Assembly (NCBI GenBank): GCA_963663965.2 | Contig: CAXXFK010000033.1 | Location: forward strand, 1-64,000 | Length of the DNA stretch: 64,000 bases | Origin: Sedimentisphaerales bacterium | GTDB taxonomy: Bacteria; Planctomycetota; Phycisphaerae; Sedimentisphaerales; SM23-30 | Direction: 5' to 3' | Shown: piece after piece, positions 52,409 through 64,000 of the stretch | How positions within the stretch are numbered: the stretch's first letter is position 1 | How the letters are laid out: each line of letters starts with the position of its first letter | Notes under the pieces: model-generated | Seen by the model: only the letters and a program-made list of their open reading frames with translations | Told to the model about the DNA's origin: nothing | The model's database searches: none | Made by a program: the position numbers and the translations under genes

Positions 52409-53287
52409 TCAAGATATATTTGTGAAATAATATTTCCAGGCATAAGGCAGAAAGTCAACAATATCACCGGCGTTCATGGCGATTTGAGTCAGGTTTTGGG
52501 CTGCCAGATCACCGGCGAGGCCATGGATGTATGTTGCAAGAATTGCTGCCTGAAACGGAGTATGGTTATTTTCTTGATCTGCTAACAGGGCGGCTATGAT
52601 TCCCGTCAAAACATCACCACTCCCCCCGGTGGCCATACCTGGATTACCTGTCTGGTTGACATAAAGTTGTTCACCATTGCTAACAATCGTGTTATCCCCT
52701 TTAAGAACAACAATTGTTTGGGTTTTACGGGCAAGTTCAACAGACTGCGCCTGACGGTCATCGGGCAAAGGTTCGCGAAATCGCGATTTCCATAAACGTT
52801 TCATTTCGCCGGGATGAGGCGTCAGTATGGTTTGAACCGGAAGAGTTATATCCGGCAGTGCGGATAGATTATTTAAACCATCCGCATCGATAACCAGGGG
52901 TTGGTTGCATGATTGTAAGATATTTTCAAGTAGTCGCTTAACCTCCGGGCCTGTTCCTAATCCCGGGCCGATAGCAATGCTGTCATTATCATGTATCACT
53001 GTTAATAGGGTACTTAGAGCTCTTGAATCAATCAAACCGGTCTCGCTGGTTGGTAGAGGAATACAGGTAGCACAAGGTTCTATGGTGCAGCAGGTTTGCC
53101 AGATAGTATCCGGAATTGCCAGCCGCACCAGACCGGCGCCTGATCGCAATGCTGCACGTGCAGACAGGGCAGGGGCGCCAGCTATCCCCAAACTCCCCCC
53201 GATGATCAGTACTTTACCATAAGTCCCTTTATGAGATTGCCGATTCCGGACTTGAATTTTGGGTAACTGTGAGTATGGAGTACTCAT
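52409..53287 (-). CDS. nnrD: ADP-dependent NAD(P)H-hydrate dehydratase
   Basis: SHKGTYG, IGPGLG, VIDADGLN, LTPHPGE, NPGMATGGSGDVLTG; no epimerase domain. Confidence 0.92.
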   Translation of the reverse strand: MSTPYSQLPKIQVRNRQSHKGTYGKVLIIGGSLGIAGAPALSARAALRSGAGLVRLAIPDTIWQTCCTIEPCATCIPLPTSETGLIDSRALSTLLTVIHDNDSIAIGPGLGTGPEVKRLLENILQSCNQPLVIDADGLNNLSALPDITLPVQTILTPHPGEMKRLWKSRFREPLPDDRQAQSVELARKTQTIVVLKGDNTIVSNGEQLYVNQTGNPGMATGGSGDVLTGIIAALLADQENNHTPFQAAILATYIHGLAGDLAAQNLTQIAMNAGDIVDFLPYAWKYYFTNIS

Positions 53288-53519
53288 GATTTATCTCTTT
53301 TAAATAAATAGTTATGTATGTTAGGCATTCAGCTCGGTTCAAAGACTGAATATTTGAAAAATACGTTCATATTCAAATAATGTAAAGATTTATATAAAAA
53401 TTAGTAATTTTATTGAAAACAATGGGCCGATAACTCTATTATGTAAAAAATAATTTGAACAATTCATTTCAGGTCCTGAACGCAAAATTAATGGAATTTT
53501 ATGCATAAAGGAGTTATGT

Positions 53520-55319
53520 ATGAAAAAGATAGAGTATTTTTTCATAGTATTATTGGGTTTATCCATATCTTTAAACGCAGAAATCATAACCGTAGATGCT
53601 GGTGGTAATGCCGATTTCAAGTCAATCCAGACAGCGATCAATGCCTCCTGGGATGGCGATACGATTATTGTTCAGCCCGGCGAATATCCCGAGACGGTAT
53701 ATTTTAATAATCGCCGGGTTACGGTCACCAGTATAGACCCATTGGATCCGAATACGGTTCTTTTGACAATTCTTAAAGGCGAGATCATCTTTGATTTTTT
53801 CGAAAATCTGGATTCCGTTTTGTATGGATTTAATATTGCTGGAGGGATTCGCTGTCTGGGCTCTGCACCTCAGATCAAAGGGAATCTATTCCAGAATTAT
53901 GTTTCTCGCCGGCCGATTGCCGGGCAGTATAACGCCATGCCAAGTGTCATGGGCAACACCTTTCTGAATAACGCCGTCGGCGCAATAAATGGTTGCCATG
54001 GCATGATTTCTGATAATCTGTTCATCAATAATGGATTGCTCACGTTGGCAAGTGGGGGGGCGTTATATCAATGTGATGGCACGATTCGCAATAATGAATT
54101 CAGTATGAATAAAGCAAGTCGGGGGGCGGCAATAGGGGAATGCCATGGTGAGATTCTGATGAATACCATTCAAAATAACACGGCTCAGCAATATGGCGGT
54201 GGTTTATATGATTGCGATGGTACAATCCGAAATAACAATATCGAAAATAATAGTTGCGTAGGAACAACGAACAATTTATATGGGGGTGGGTTATCCAGTT
54301 GCGGCGGGAAAATTCAGGGTAATGTGATATCCGGAAATCGCTTAATTGCAGCTCAGGGATATCAGGCGAGAGGAGGTGGATTGTACGATTGCGGGGCAGA
54401 AATAACCGCGAATCAGATTGTCGGGAATATTGCAGTTGGCAATCTGGCCTTAGGGGGCGGAATCTGCCAAAGTACCACAGGCATTATCAATCATAATATT
54501 ATCAGGGCTAATAGGGTAGAGAGTCAGGGTGTTAATGCTCGAGGTGGCGGACTGTATCTGTGTGAAGGGATGGTAGCCAATAATATTATTGATGGTAATA
54601 TGGCAACAGGAAAGGCTGCGGCAACACTTGCAGCAGGTGGGGGGTTGTATTTTTGTAATGTGATTCTGAACAATACGGTAACAGGCAATCGAGCGCTGAA
54701 TACTGTCGCTTCATCCAACGCCTTTGGCGGGGGCATCTATCAAGCCGATGAGGTACGAAATAACATCATTGCGTATAATCTTGCCTATGAAGGCGGAGGT
54801 ATATATGGTGAAAATATTCAAAATAACTACAATCTGTTTTGGAGTAATATTGGGCGGAATTTCGGAGGGCAAAGTTACGGTAAAGAGGGTGAAAAATTTG
54901 GTGACCCACAATTTGCCACGAATGGGACTTGGGAAGATAATGGCTCTCTCTCCGATTTGGCAGACGATCATTGGATCGCTGGTGATTACCATCTTAGTTC
55001 TGAAATCGGCCGCTGGAATGGTCAGGTATGGGTAGTAGATAATACCACTAGTTTGGGAGTGGATGGTGGTTCTCCGGAGGCTGAAACTGGATTAGAACCC
55101 AATCCGAATGGTAACAGGATTAACCTGGGGGCATTTGGCGGCACATCGGAAGCCAGTCTGTCACCTAATGGTGATGGGGGTGAACCGGAACCGGTTTGTG
55201 CCGAGCCAATTCCAGCGGACATTAATGGTGATTGCCGGGTGGATATGAGCGATTATCTTTTGATTATGTCTAGCTGGTTAAAATGCAATCTGGAACCTGT
55301 TTCTGCTTGTTATGATTAA
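53520..55319 (+). CDS. Secreted right-handed beta-helix repeat protein with a C-terminal dockerin-like tag
   Basis: ADFKSIQTAI..GDTIIV.PG.Y; repeated GGGLY.C.G.I.NN; EPNPNG.RINLGAFGGT; DINGDCRVDMSDY..WL.C. Confidence 0.85.
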   Translation: MKKIEYFFIVLLGLSISLNAEIITVDAGGNADFKSIQTAINASWDGDTIIVQPGEYPETVYFNNRRVTVTSIDPLDPNTVLLTILKGEIIFDFFENLDSVLYGFNIAGGIRCLGSAPQIKGNLFQNYVSRRPIAGQYNAMPSVMGNTFLNNAVGAINGCHGMISDNLFINNGLLTLASGGALYQCDGTIRNNEFSMNKASRGAAIGECHGEILMNTIQNNTAQQYGGGLYDCDGTIRNNNIENNSCVGTTNNLYGGGLSSCGGKIQGNVISGNRLIAAQGYQARGGGLYDCGAEITANQIVGNIAVGNLALGGGICQSTTGIINHNIIRANRVESQGVNARGGGLYLCEGMVANNIIDGNMATGKAAATLAAGGGLYFCNVILNNTVTGNRALNTVASSNAFGGGIYQADEVRNNIIAYNLAYEGGGIYGENIQNNYNLFWSNIGRNFGGQSYGKEGEKFGDPQFATNGTWEDNGSLSDLADDHWIAGDYHLSSEIGRWNGQVWVVDNTTSLGVDGGSPEAETGLEPNPNGNRINLGAFGGTSEASLSPNGDGGEPEPVCAEPIPADINGDCRVDMSDYLLIMSSWLKCNLEPVSACYD

Positions 55320-55437
55320 TTCAGAGATTATCGCAGAAAAATTGAGGTACCTCGCGGTTTGTATTGGCTTGATATTATTGGTTTTTCCGTTATGATAAGA
55401 CGCTTAGATTATTATTGCCATTCATACAGGAGAAACC

Positions 55438-56319
55438 ATGTCACGACCCAAACGAATTGGTATTATCGGCGGTAGCGGACTGGGGCAGGCCCTGACCAGT
55501 CAGGCCAGCGGCGAAGAACATTATTTTGATACCCCATTTGGCCGTCCGGCTGCGCCGATCATTACTTCTGAACTGGAAGGAATACCGGTTGCATTTCTGG
55601 CCAGGCATGGCCGGGGACACATGTTCAACCCATCGCAAGTGCCTTATCGAGCAAATATTTATGCGTTGAAAGAACTGGGCGTTACTCATGTGATTGCCAG
55701 TGGCGCATGTGGTTCGTTAGTAGAAGAAGTACGTCCTCGTGAATTAGTTATTACCGACCAGGTCATCGATAAAACCTGGAAGCGTGATAATACGTTTTTT
55801 GATGATCTGGCAGTGCATGTTGATTTTGCCTATCCATTTTGCCAGCAATTGCGCCAGGTTCTTCTGCGTGTGGTGGATAAGGTTGATACCAAAGTTCATG
55901 ATAAGGGCACTTATGTCTGCATGGAAGGCCCTCAATTCAGCACGCGGGCCGAATCTTTGATGCATCAGCAATGGGGCGGACATGTGATCGGCATGACATG
56001 TATGCCTGAAGCGAAACTGGCCCGAGAGGCTGAGATGTGTTATGCGCTGGTTGCTTTGCCGACCGACTATGATTGCTGGAAGGAACATCAGGGGGATGTG
56101 GATAAGCATCTTTTGATCAAAGAAATTATCGACAATCTCAATGCTGCCACAGAAAACGCTATCACTCTAATAAAGGCTGCAATTGTTGAAGCGGGCAGGT
56201 TATTGGAATGCGATTGTGAACATCATCATGCGTTGGAAATGGGGATCTGGTCAGATAGGGATCAGATAACCGATCCGGTTTGGGATAAATTGAATTTGCT
56301 GATCAAAAAATACGTATAA
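55438..56319 (+). CDS. mtnP: S-methyl-5'-thioadenosine phosphorylase
   Basis: IGIIGGSG, FLARHGRGH, YRANIYAL, EGPQFSTRAES, IGMT..PEAKLARE, TDYD. Confidence 0.93.
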   Translation: MSRPKRIGIIGGSGLGQALTSQASGEEHYFDTPFGRPAAPIITSELEGIPVAFLARHGRGHMFNPSQVPYRANIYALKELGVTHVIASGACGSLVEEVRPRELVITDQVIDKTWKRDNTFFDDLAVHVDFAYPFCQQLRQVLLRVVDKVDTKVHDKGTYVCMEGPQFSTRAESLMHQQWGGHVIGMTCMPEAKLAREAEMCYALVALPTDYDCWKEHQGDVDKHLLIKEIIDNLNAATENAITLIKAAIVEAGRLLECDCEHHHALEMGIWSDRDQITDPVWDKLNLLIKKYV

Positions 56320-56352
56320 GATGGATTTATACCCACATATCGAAATCGGCGC

Positions 56353-56387
56353 AAAAAAAAGCCGTACTCAAGAGTACGGCTTTTTTT
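56353..56387. terminator. Bidirectional intrinsic terminator
   Basis: AAAAAAAGCCGTACTC-AA-GAGTACGGCTTTTTTT. Confidence 0.9.
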
Positions 56388-56400
56388 ACTGCAGATTGAA

Positions 56401-57675
56401 TCAGACCAGTGGGGTTTTACCTGGCACTGCGACTTCCGCAACCGGTAGATTGCTAAATTCGTAAGCAGGGGGGGCCAGATCGAGTTTGGAGTTCTTGATA
56501 GCCCAGTTCATGCCAATTACCTGCCCGGTATAAGCACTCATCCGTCCAAGAATGGCTGTCATTGTTGATTGGGCGACAGTTTTACCTTCATTCAGGGGCT
56601 TACCGGCTCGAATGCTGGCAATGAGGTCTTTATGTTCTTCGACATAAGGATTCGGTGAACCACCGACATCGCAGGGATTCTCGCCGGTGATTTTGCCTGA
56701 TCCTGGCAGAGCCACGCCTTTGGTACCTACGATCCGTTCGCTGACATTGCTGGCACAGCCGTCTATCTGGCGACACATACTCAGGGTGCGGGCGCCATTA
56801 GGATATTCGAATTCAATGGCAAAATGATCGAATATATTGCCATTATCGGGAGACGTACGGACTTGGCGGCCACCCATACCCATGGCGGACTTGGGCATTT
56901 CATCAAAGGCCCAGTTGACAACATCGAGATTATGGACATGTTGTTCAACGATGTGGTCGCCGCTTAGCCAGGTAAAATAGAGCCAGTTTCGGATTTGCCA
57001 TTCCATATCGGACCATCCGGCTTCTTTCTTACGGGTCCAAAGGAAGCCCATATTCCAATAGCACTGAGCAGATACTATCTCGCCAATAGCACCATCATGG
57101 ATTCGTTTCATGACTTCAATATAGTTTTTAGCATGGCGGCGCTGGGTGCCGGCTACAATACCAAGACCTTTCTTGTCCGCTTCTTCTGAGGCCGCGATAA
57201 CTCTACGAATTCCGACAGGGTCTACGGCAACAGGTTTTTCCATAAATACGTGTTTTCCTGCCTTGACTGCCGCTTCCAGATGTTGCGGCCGGAAATGAGG
57301 CGGAGTTGCCAGAATGATCAAGTTGACGTCACTTGCCAGCACCTTCTCGAAATTATCGAACCCGGTGAAACAGGTCTGGGGCGTTACTTTGATACGGTCG
57401 GCGAAATTCGCTTTGAGCTGGTTGAGCGAATGATCCAGGCGGTCCTGGAATAAATCGCCAATAGCAACGATTTCTACAGATGGATCTGCCTCGAGACAAT
57501 TAAGTGCGGCGCCGGTTCCACGGCCGCCTGCACCGATAAGCCCAACTTTGAATTTGTCGGTTCCTTGCGCGAAAATACGGCTGCTACCAGCCATAGCCAG
57601 GGTGGCGCCGGCAACGGCAGTGTTTTTCAAAAAATCTCTTCGTGAGACGCTGACGATGTTTGCTTTGTCTGACAT
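56401..57675 (-). CDS. Tat-exported Gfo/Idh/MocA oxidoreductase
   Basis: SRRDFLK; GLIGAGGRG; HVFMEKP; EQHVHNLD. Confidence 0.92.
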   Translation of the reverse strand: MSDKANIVSVSRRDFLKNTAVAGATLAMAGSSRIFAQGTDKFKVGLIGAGGRGTGAALNCLEADPSVEIVAIGDLFQDRLDHSLNQLKANFADRIKVTPQTCFTGFDNFEKVLASDVNLIILATPPHFRPQHLEAAVKAGKHVFMEKPVAVDPVGIRRVIAASEEADKKGLGIVAGTQRRHAKNYIEVMKRIHDGAIGEIVSAQCYWNMGFLWTRKKEAGWSDMEWQIRNWLYFTWLSGDHIVEQHVHNLDVVNWAFDEMPKSAMGMGGRQVRTSPDNGNIFDHFAIEFEYPNGARTLSMCRQIDGCASNVSERIVGTKGVALPGSGKITGENPCDVGGSPNPYVEEHKDLIASIRAGKPLNEGKTVAQSTMTAILGRMSAYTGQVIGMNWAIKNSKLDLAPPAYEFSNLPVAEVAVPGKTPLV

Positions 57676-57707
57676 ATTAGTTATCTCCTATAACGCATTT
57701 GGAGGGT

Positions 57708-58619
57708 TTAAACGGCAAAATTATCACAATATCGATAGGCGTTAATGAAGGCTTGTTCGCCCTCTTTGCCGCCTTTACTGATTCCGTGTTCCAGGCACAG
57801 AACGCCTTGGTAACCTTTAAGGTAGATGTGTTTGAAAATATTCTGGTAGTTGATTTCACCCGTGGTTGGTTCTTTACGACCTGGATTATCGCCAACGTGG
57901 AAAGCGCCAATCTCGCTCCAAGCCCTGTCAATGTTTGGAATAAGATTGCCTTCTGTGATCTGTTGATGATACATGTCATTGACAATCTTACAACAATTGT
58001 GATTCACCGCACGACAAATTGCATATGCCTGTGGGATTCCAGTAAGAAACAAACCAGGATGATTCCAGCGATTTAATGGTTCCAGAACCATAATCAGGTT
58101 TGTTTTTTCCATTGTTTCCATGCAAAAACGCAGGTTGTCAACCACATTGGCTGTTTGATAATCCCATTCAAGTTGGTTATCAAAACGCCCTGGTACCAGT
58201 AATGCTGTTTTTACCCCCGTTCGTTGCTGAGTTTCGACCGCCTTATCCAGAATGGGCTTTATCATATCTCGGACCTCCTTTTTATCCAATACAAAGGTGG
58301 TCGCACCAAAATCGGCATACATAACAAACGGCCCCAGATCCATATTTTGTTTTTCCAGTTCTTTCCGGATCGCCTCTTGCTGAGATGGGGATTTCCCCAT
58401 CAAGCCATTATCGAATACCGCAGTAAAACCCTGATCAGCCATGAATTTAATGTTTTCGATGGGATCTTTGCCCACATGGTTCGAAAATCGGGTTATGTCA
58501 GGGGCGTATTTAAGTTTAAACTTGCCGGGCGTACTATCCTGGCCGGCAGCTTTTTGCTGAACAGTCATTCCGACCGCGCCAGCGGCCATGGCTGAAGCCA
58601 TAAAAGTTCGTCTATTCAT
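57708..58619 (-). CDS. Hydroxypyruvate isomerase-like TIM-barrel protein with a Tat leader
   Basis: MNRRTFM; VLEPLN, DMYHQQITEG, HVGDNPGR.EP.TGEINY; AGGAGA RBS before ATG 58619. Confidence 0.88.
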   Translation of the reverse strand: MNRRTFMASAMAAGAVGMTVQQKAAGQDSTPGKFKLKYAPDITRFSNHVGKDPIENIKFMADQGFTAVFDNGLMGKSPSQQEAIRKELEKQNMDLGPFVMYADFGATTFVLDKKEVRDMIKPILDKAVETQQRTGVKTALLVPGRFDNQLEWDYQTANVVDNLRFCMETMEKTNLIMVLEPLNRWNHPGLFLTGIPQAYAICRAVNHNCCKIVNDMYHQQITEGNLIPNIDRAWSEIGAFHVGDNPGRKEPTTGEINYQNIFKHIYLKGYQGVLCLEHGISKGGKEGEQAFINAYRYCDNFAV

Positions 58620-59228
58620 TTTTTTTAATCTCCTGATAAAACGCAGGTACCGAAAAGTCAATATTTCGACGGTTAATAGTAAGTTAACAGGTTAATGAGC
58701 TTGATTATTTCATAATAAAATAAGTAAATCTAAGCGGGTCATTAGTTTAAGTGGCACAGTGTAACCATTATGTGAAAATGGCAATTCACAATATTATTGA
58801 TAAAAAGAGGATGAAGTTTTCGAGATATTTGTAAAAAATAGTCCTTAAAAAACATCTGGAAATCAAGAAGAAAATCATATGGTTTTGCTTAACTGTTTTT
58901 AAGTTTTAACTTATTATATTGTATAATGATACATACAAGTTGGCGTGGATCTGTGAGTTAGCTTAGTGTAGTCAGTTACAAAGACATAGGATATAATTAA
59001 ATATAAGAAGTGTGGATTAGTTTCAGTATTCTATGAATCTGATATTATCAGACTGTAATTAAGAAATATGTAAACCTGGCAATGGCATAGGGGTGTATGC
59101 CTACATCTGAGTTTAGGATTGTGATAATAGAACTGATTGCATGAGTTAATATTTTGCAATTACAACCTCTTTTTTTATAAGGATTTGTGACAGGTTGATT
59201 TTTTTTAAGTTTTTTTTTGATTAAATAC

Positions 59229-59257
59229 TTGACGATGAGGAGTCGTATCGATATATT
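59229..59257 (+). promoter_or_regulatory. Putative sigma70 promoter for the tRNA pair
   Basis: TTGACG-17-TATATT with T-rich upstream element. Confidence 0.65.
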
Positions 59258-59355
59258 TCTCTGCTCATGTCAGGCGCGGCAACGCGACGATGTGAAAAAT
59301 GTGGCCCGATGGTTCCGGCAGAATAATGCTGGAATTTTTCGACCGCTGACCGTAA

Positions 59356-59429
59356 GGGCTCATAGCTCAGTTGGTTAGAGCGCGTCGCTGATAACGACGA
59401 GGTCGATGGTTCGACTCCATCTGGGCCCA
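59356..59429 (+). tRNA. tRNA-Ile(GAT), CCA not encoded
   Basis: GGGCTCA/TGGGCCC acceptor stem, TAGCTCAG, CT-GAT-AA loop, GGTTCGA. Confidence 0.97.
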
Positions 59430-59624
59430 TTTTAGCTGTAATTTATTTTCAGCTAAAAAGTTATGCTTGAAAGGACTCTGAAAATGATTGAGTCAATTTT
59501 GGCAATGGCCAGTATCAGATGGCTAGGTTTTATTGTGTTCGCAGTTGCGATCATAGCAACCCTGATCGGATGGATCAGGGACAAGCTGAATTAAGGCTTG
59601 AAAGCTCTTTAAAAAATTATCGAG

Positions 59625-59697
59625 GGGGCCGTAGCTCAATTGGGAGAGCGCCTGGTTTGCATCCAGGAGGTCGTCGGTTCGACTCCGATCGGCTCCA
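59625..59697 (+). tRNA. tRNA-Ala(TGC), CCA not encoded
   Basis: GGGGCCG/CGGCTCC acceptor stem with G3:U70, CCTGG-TT-TGC-AT-CCAGG, GGTTCGA. Confidence 0.97.
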
Positions 59698-59750
59698 GTA
59701 AACCCGGTATAGTCAATAAAAATAAATGATAAAAAAATCAAAAATAAATA

Positions 59751-59826
59751 TTGACAACCAATGCTGGCCATGATAAATTGTGAAGCTCACCCCAAAAAGG
59801 GGTGATATGATAAAGTTCTTTGAAAA
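59751..59826 (+). promoter_or_regulatory. Putative 23S promoter and boxA-like antiterminator
   Basis: A-rich UP tract, TTGACA-17-TAAATT with extended -10 TG; GTTCTTTGAAAA boxA-like at ~59815. Confidence 0.7.
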
Positions 59827-59977
59827 GTAAATATGAGGAAACGCGTGTATAGGTGTGTAAATGTTATCACCATAACATTGAATACAGTTAACACGACGAG
59901 CGCCGGATATAGATCCAAATTCTATTTATCGTGATTGATTTAGATAGCGATTGACTGCATCAGCTAAAAAATAATGT

Positions 59978-62841
<2,864 letters not shown>

Positions 62842-62984
62842 GCATTATTTTTTCGCTGATCATCAATCGCAATTGGATTTTTTTCGGCTCGTTGTGACTG
62901 ACACATCGTAGCGCGTTCCTCATATTTTACGATACAATTTAATAGATGGATACCAGTTGAGTTTACTCAACTGTCCAACGAAAT

Positions 62985-63093
62985 TGTTGGTGGTTATAGT
63001 GAGCGTGAAACGCCTGATCCCATTCCGAACTCAGAAGCTAAGGCGCTTACGCCGATGGTAGTATGTGAGTGCGAGAGTAGGTCGCTGCCAACA
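62985..63093 (+). rRNA. rrf: 5S rRNA, short form (~109 nt)
   Basis: TGTTGGTGG/CTGCCAACA stem; CCCATTCCGAAC, GCCGATGGTAGT, GAGAGTAGG. Confidence 0.95.
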
Positions 63094-63099
63094 TTATAT

Positions 63100-63134
63100 G
63101 AAAGCCCTGTGGGAAACTACAGGGCTTTCTTTTT
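63100..63134 (+). terminator. rRNA transcript terminator
   Basis: GAAAGCCCTGTGG-GAAA-CTACAGGGCTTTC-TTTTT. Confidence 0.9.
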
Positions 63135-63295
63135 GCGCGTAAATTTTTTAGAGACAAATATTTTAAACGATACCCTAAAATTATTTATTAACCTGACGAC
63201 CAAAATCATGGTATTTTTCAAATGTATTTGAATAATTGCTGGTTGGTATTATCGGGTTCCGGTTTTTGTTGTTATAGTCGATTCATTTCTATTAA

Positions 63296-63506
63296 GAGTG
63301 CCTGAAATAATGATTTTTTTAGCGAGACCAAGCGGAAAAGTGCTCAGCAAGGCCAGAAGATCCGCCTCAGGAGGGCAGCATGGGGCAAGCACTCACAGGC
63401 AACCCTGCCAGGGAGGGTTGGGTCGAGGATGGTTGGCCCCGAGAGCGCTGATGACGACTTTTTCAGACGGTCGCAGCAAGCAGAAAATTCATTTTGTCAG
63501 GTGCTT
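63296..63506. mobile_element. MITE-like element, copy 2 (diverged, with an internal insert)
   Basis: GAGTGCCTGAAATAATGA...TCATTTTGTCAGGTGCTT; colinear with 23329-23507 (TAGCGAGACC, CAGCAAGGCC, CAGGCAACCCT, GTCGAGGATG, CGGTCG). Confidence 0.78.
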
Positions 63507-63525
63507 TGAATGAATCTTAAAAGTA

Positions 63526-64000
63526 CACAGTCATCCCATAAGTCTATGGATTCTCCGCAAGGACTGTATTTTTACATTAAAAACAGCCTTTTTGTCGGGA
63601 GTATTTGAATGGGAAGTTCTGACTTTTTTTGGCCTTAATCGCCAAACCGTTCTGGTGAGGGTGTTACTCCCGTATTTTTGCCCCGGCTATTTCTGTCTGA
63701 AATCCTCAACGCAACTCAAAACCGGGCAAATAGGCCTGCTGAGGGCTTCCGACCATTCTTGGGGAGCCACGTGCTATCCCACAGGAATCCATGACGCTAT
63801 ATATATCCAGGCGACTAAACATGACACCTCTCAATAGTGTAAAAAGCCGTTTGAAAGTTCCTTGCCATTTACCAAGATAACCCACAAAACGGATCAGAAC
63901 ATATGCCAGCAGAGCCATCCAGACCTGCCAGAGAATAGCATTCTGACTATGGCCCACAAAGTCAGCTAACTGCAATGTCTGCTTGATCTGCTTAAAGAAT
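63526..64000 (-). mobile_element. 3' part of an IS4-family insertion sequence, truncated by the window edge
   Basis: Frame ending at 63706 reads FFKQIKQTLQLADFVGHSQNAILWQVWMALLAY (post-catalytic-E segment of IS4 DDE transposases); candidate terminal IR CACAGTCATCCCATAA at 63526. Confidence 0.75.

Noticed and set aside
63298..63513. 71-aa ORF after the 5S gene
   Set aside because: Coincides with MITE copy 2.

Overview
Bacterial chromosomal window, most likely from a planctomycete of the Phycisphaerae/Sedimentisphaerales type. This is inferred from the unlinked 23S-5S unit, a short ~109-nt 5S rRNA and secreted proteins with dockerin-like tags. Positions 1-26 kb hold mostly housekeeping genes: ppdK, hisF, PilT plus a degenerate PilB/GspE-like ATPase, a class B PBP, pyrR-pyrB-pyrC, catalase and cardiolipin synthase. 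Positions 26-49 kb form an accessory, glycan-oriented block (GH106-like, GH50-like, GH27, SGNH, a DUF4861 pseudogene) that also carries a low-GC two-gene insert and two unusual non-coding repeat arrays. Positions 49-59 kb hold a chemoreceptor, nnrD, mtnP and two Tat substrates. The window ends with tRNA-Ile, tRNA-Ala, 23S and 5S rRNA (no 16S), a MITE-like element and the 3' end of an IS4. The best candidate for an undescribed system is at 43.25-45.65 kb. There a near-consensus sigma70 promoter points into a ~1.5-kb array of 260-380-bp hairpin-rich units with compensatory base changes. Each unit carries the 17-mer AAACGAAACGAACCCAA, which recurs (16/17) inside the uncharacterised gene directly downstream (RRNAQKSTGPKT...NEPN). 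All family assignments come from motif recognition only; no searches were run.
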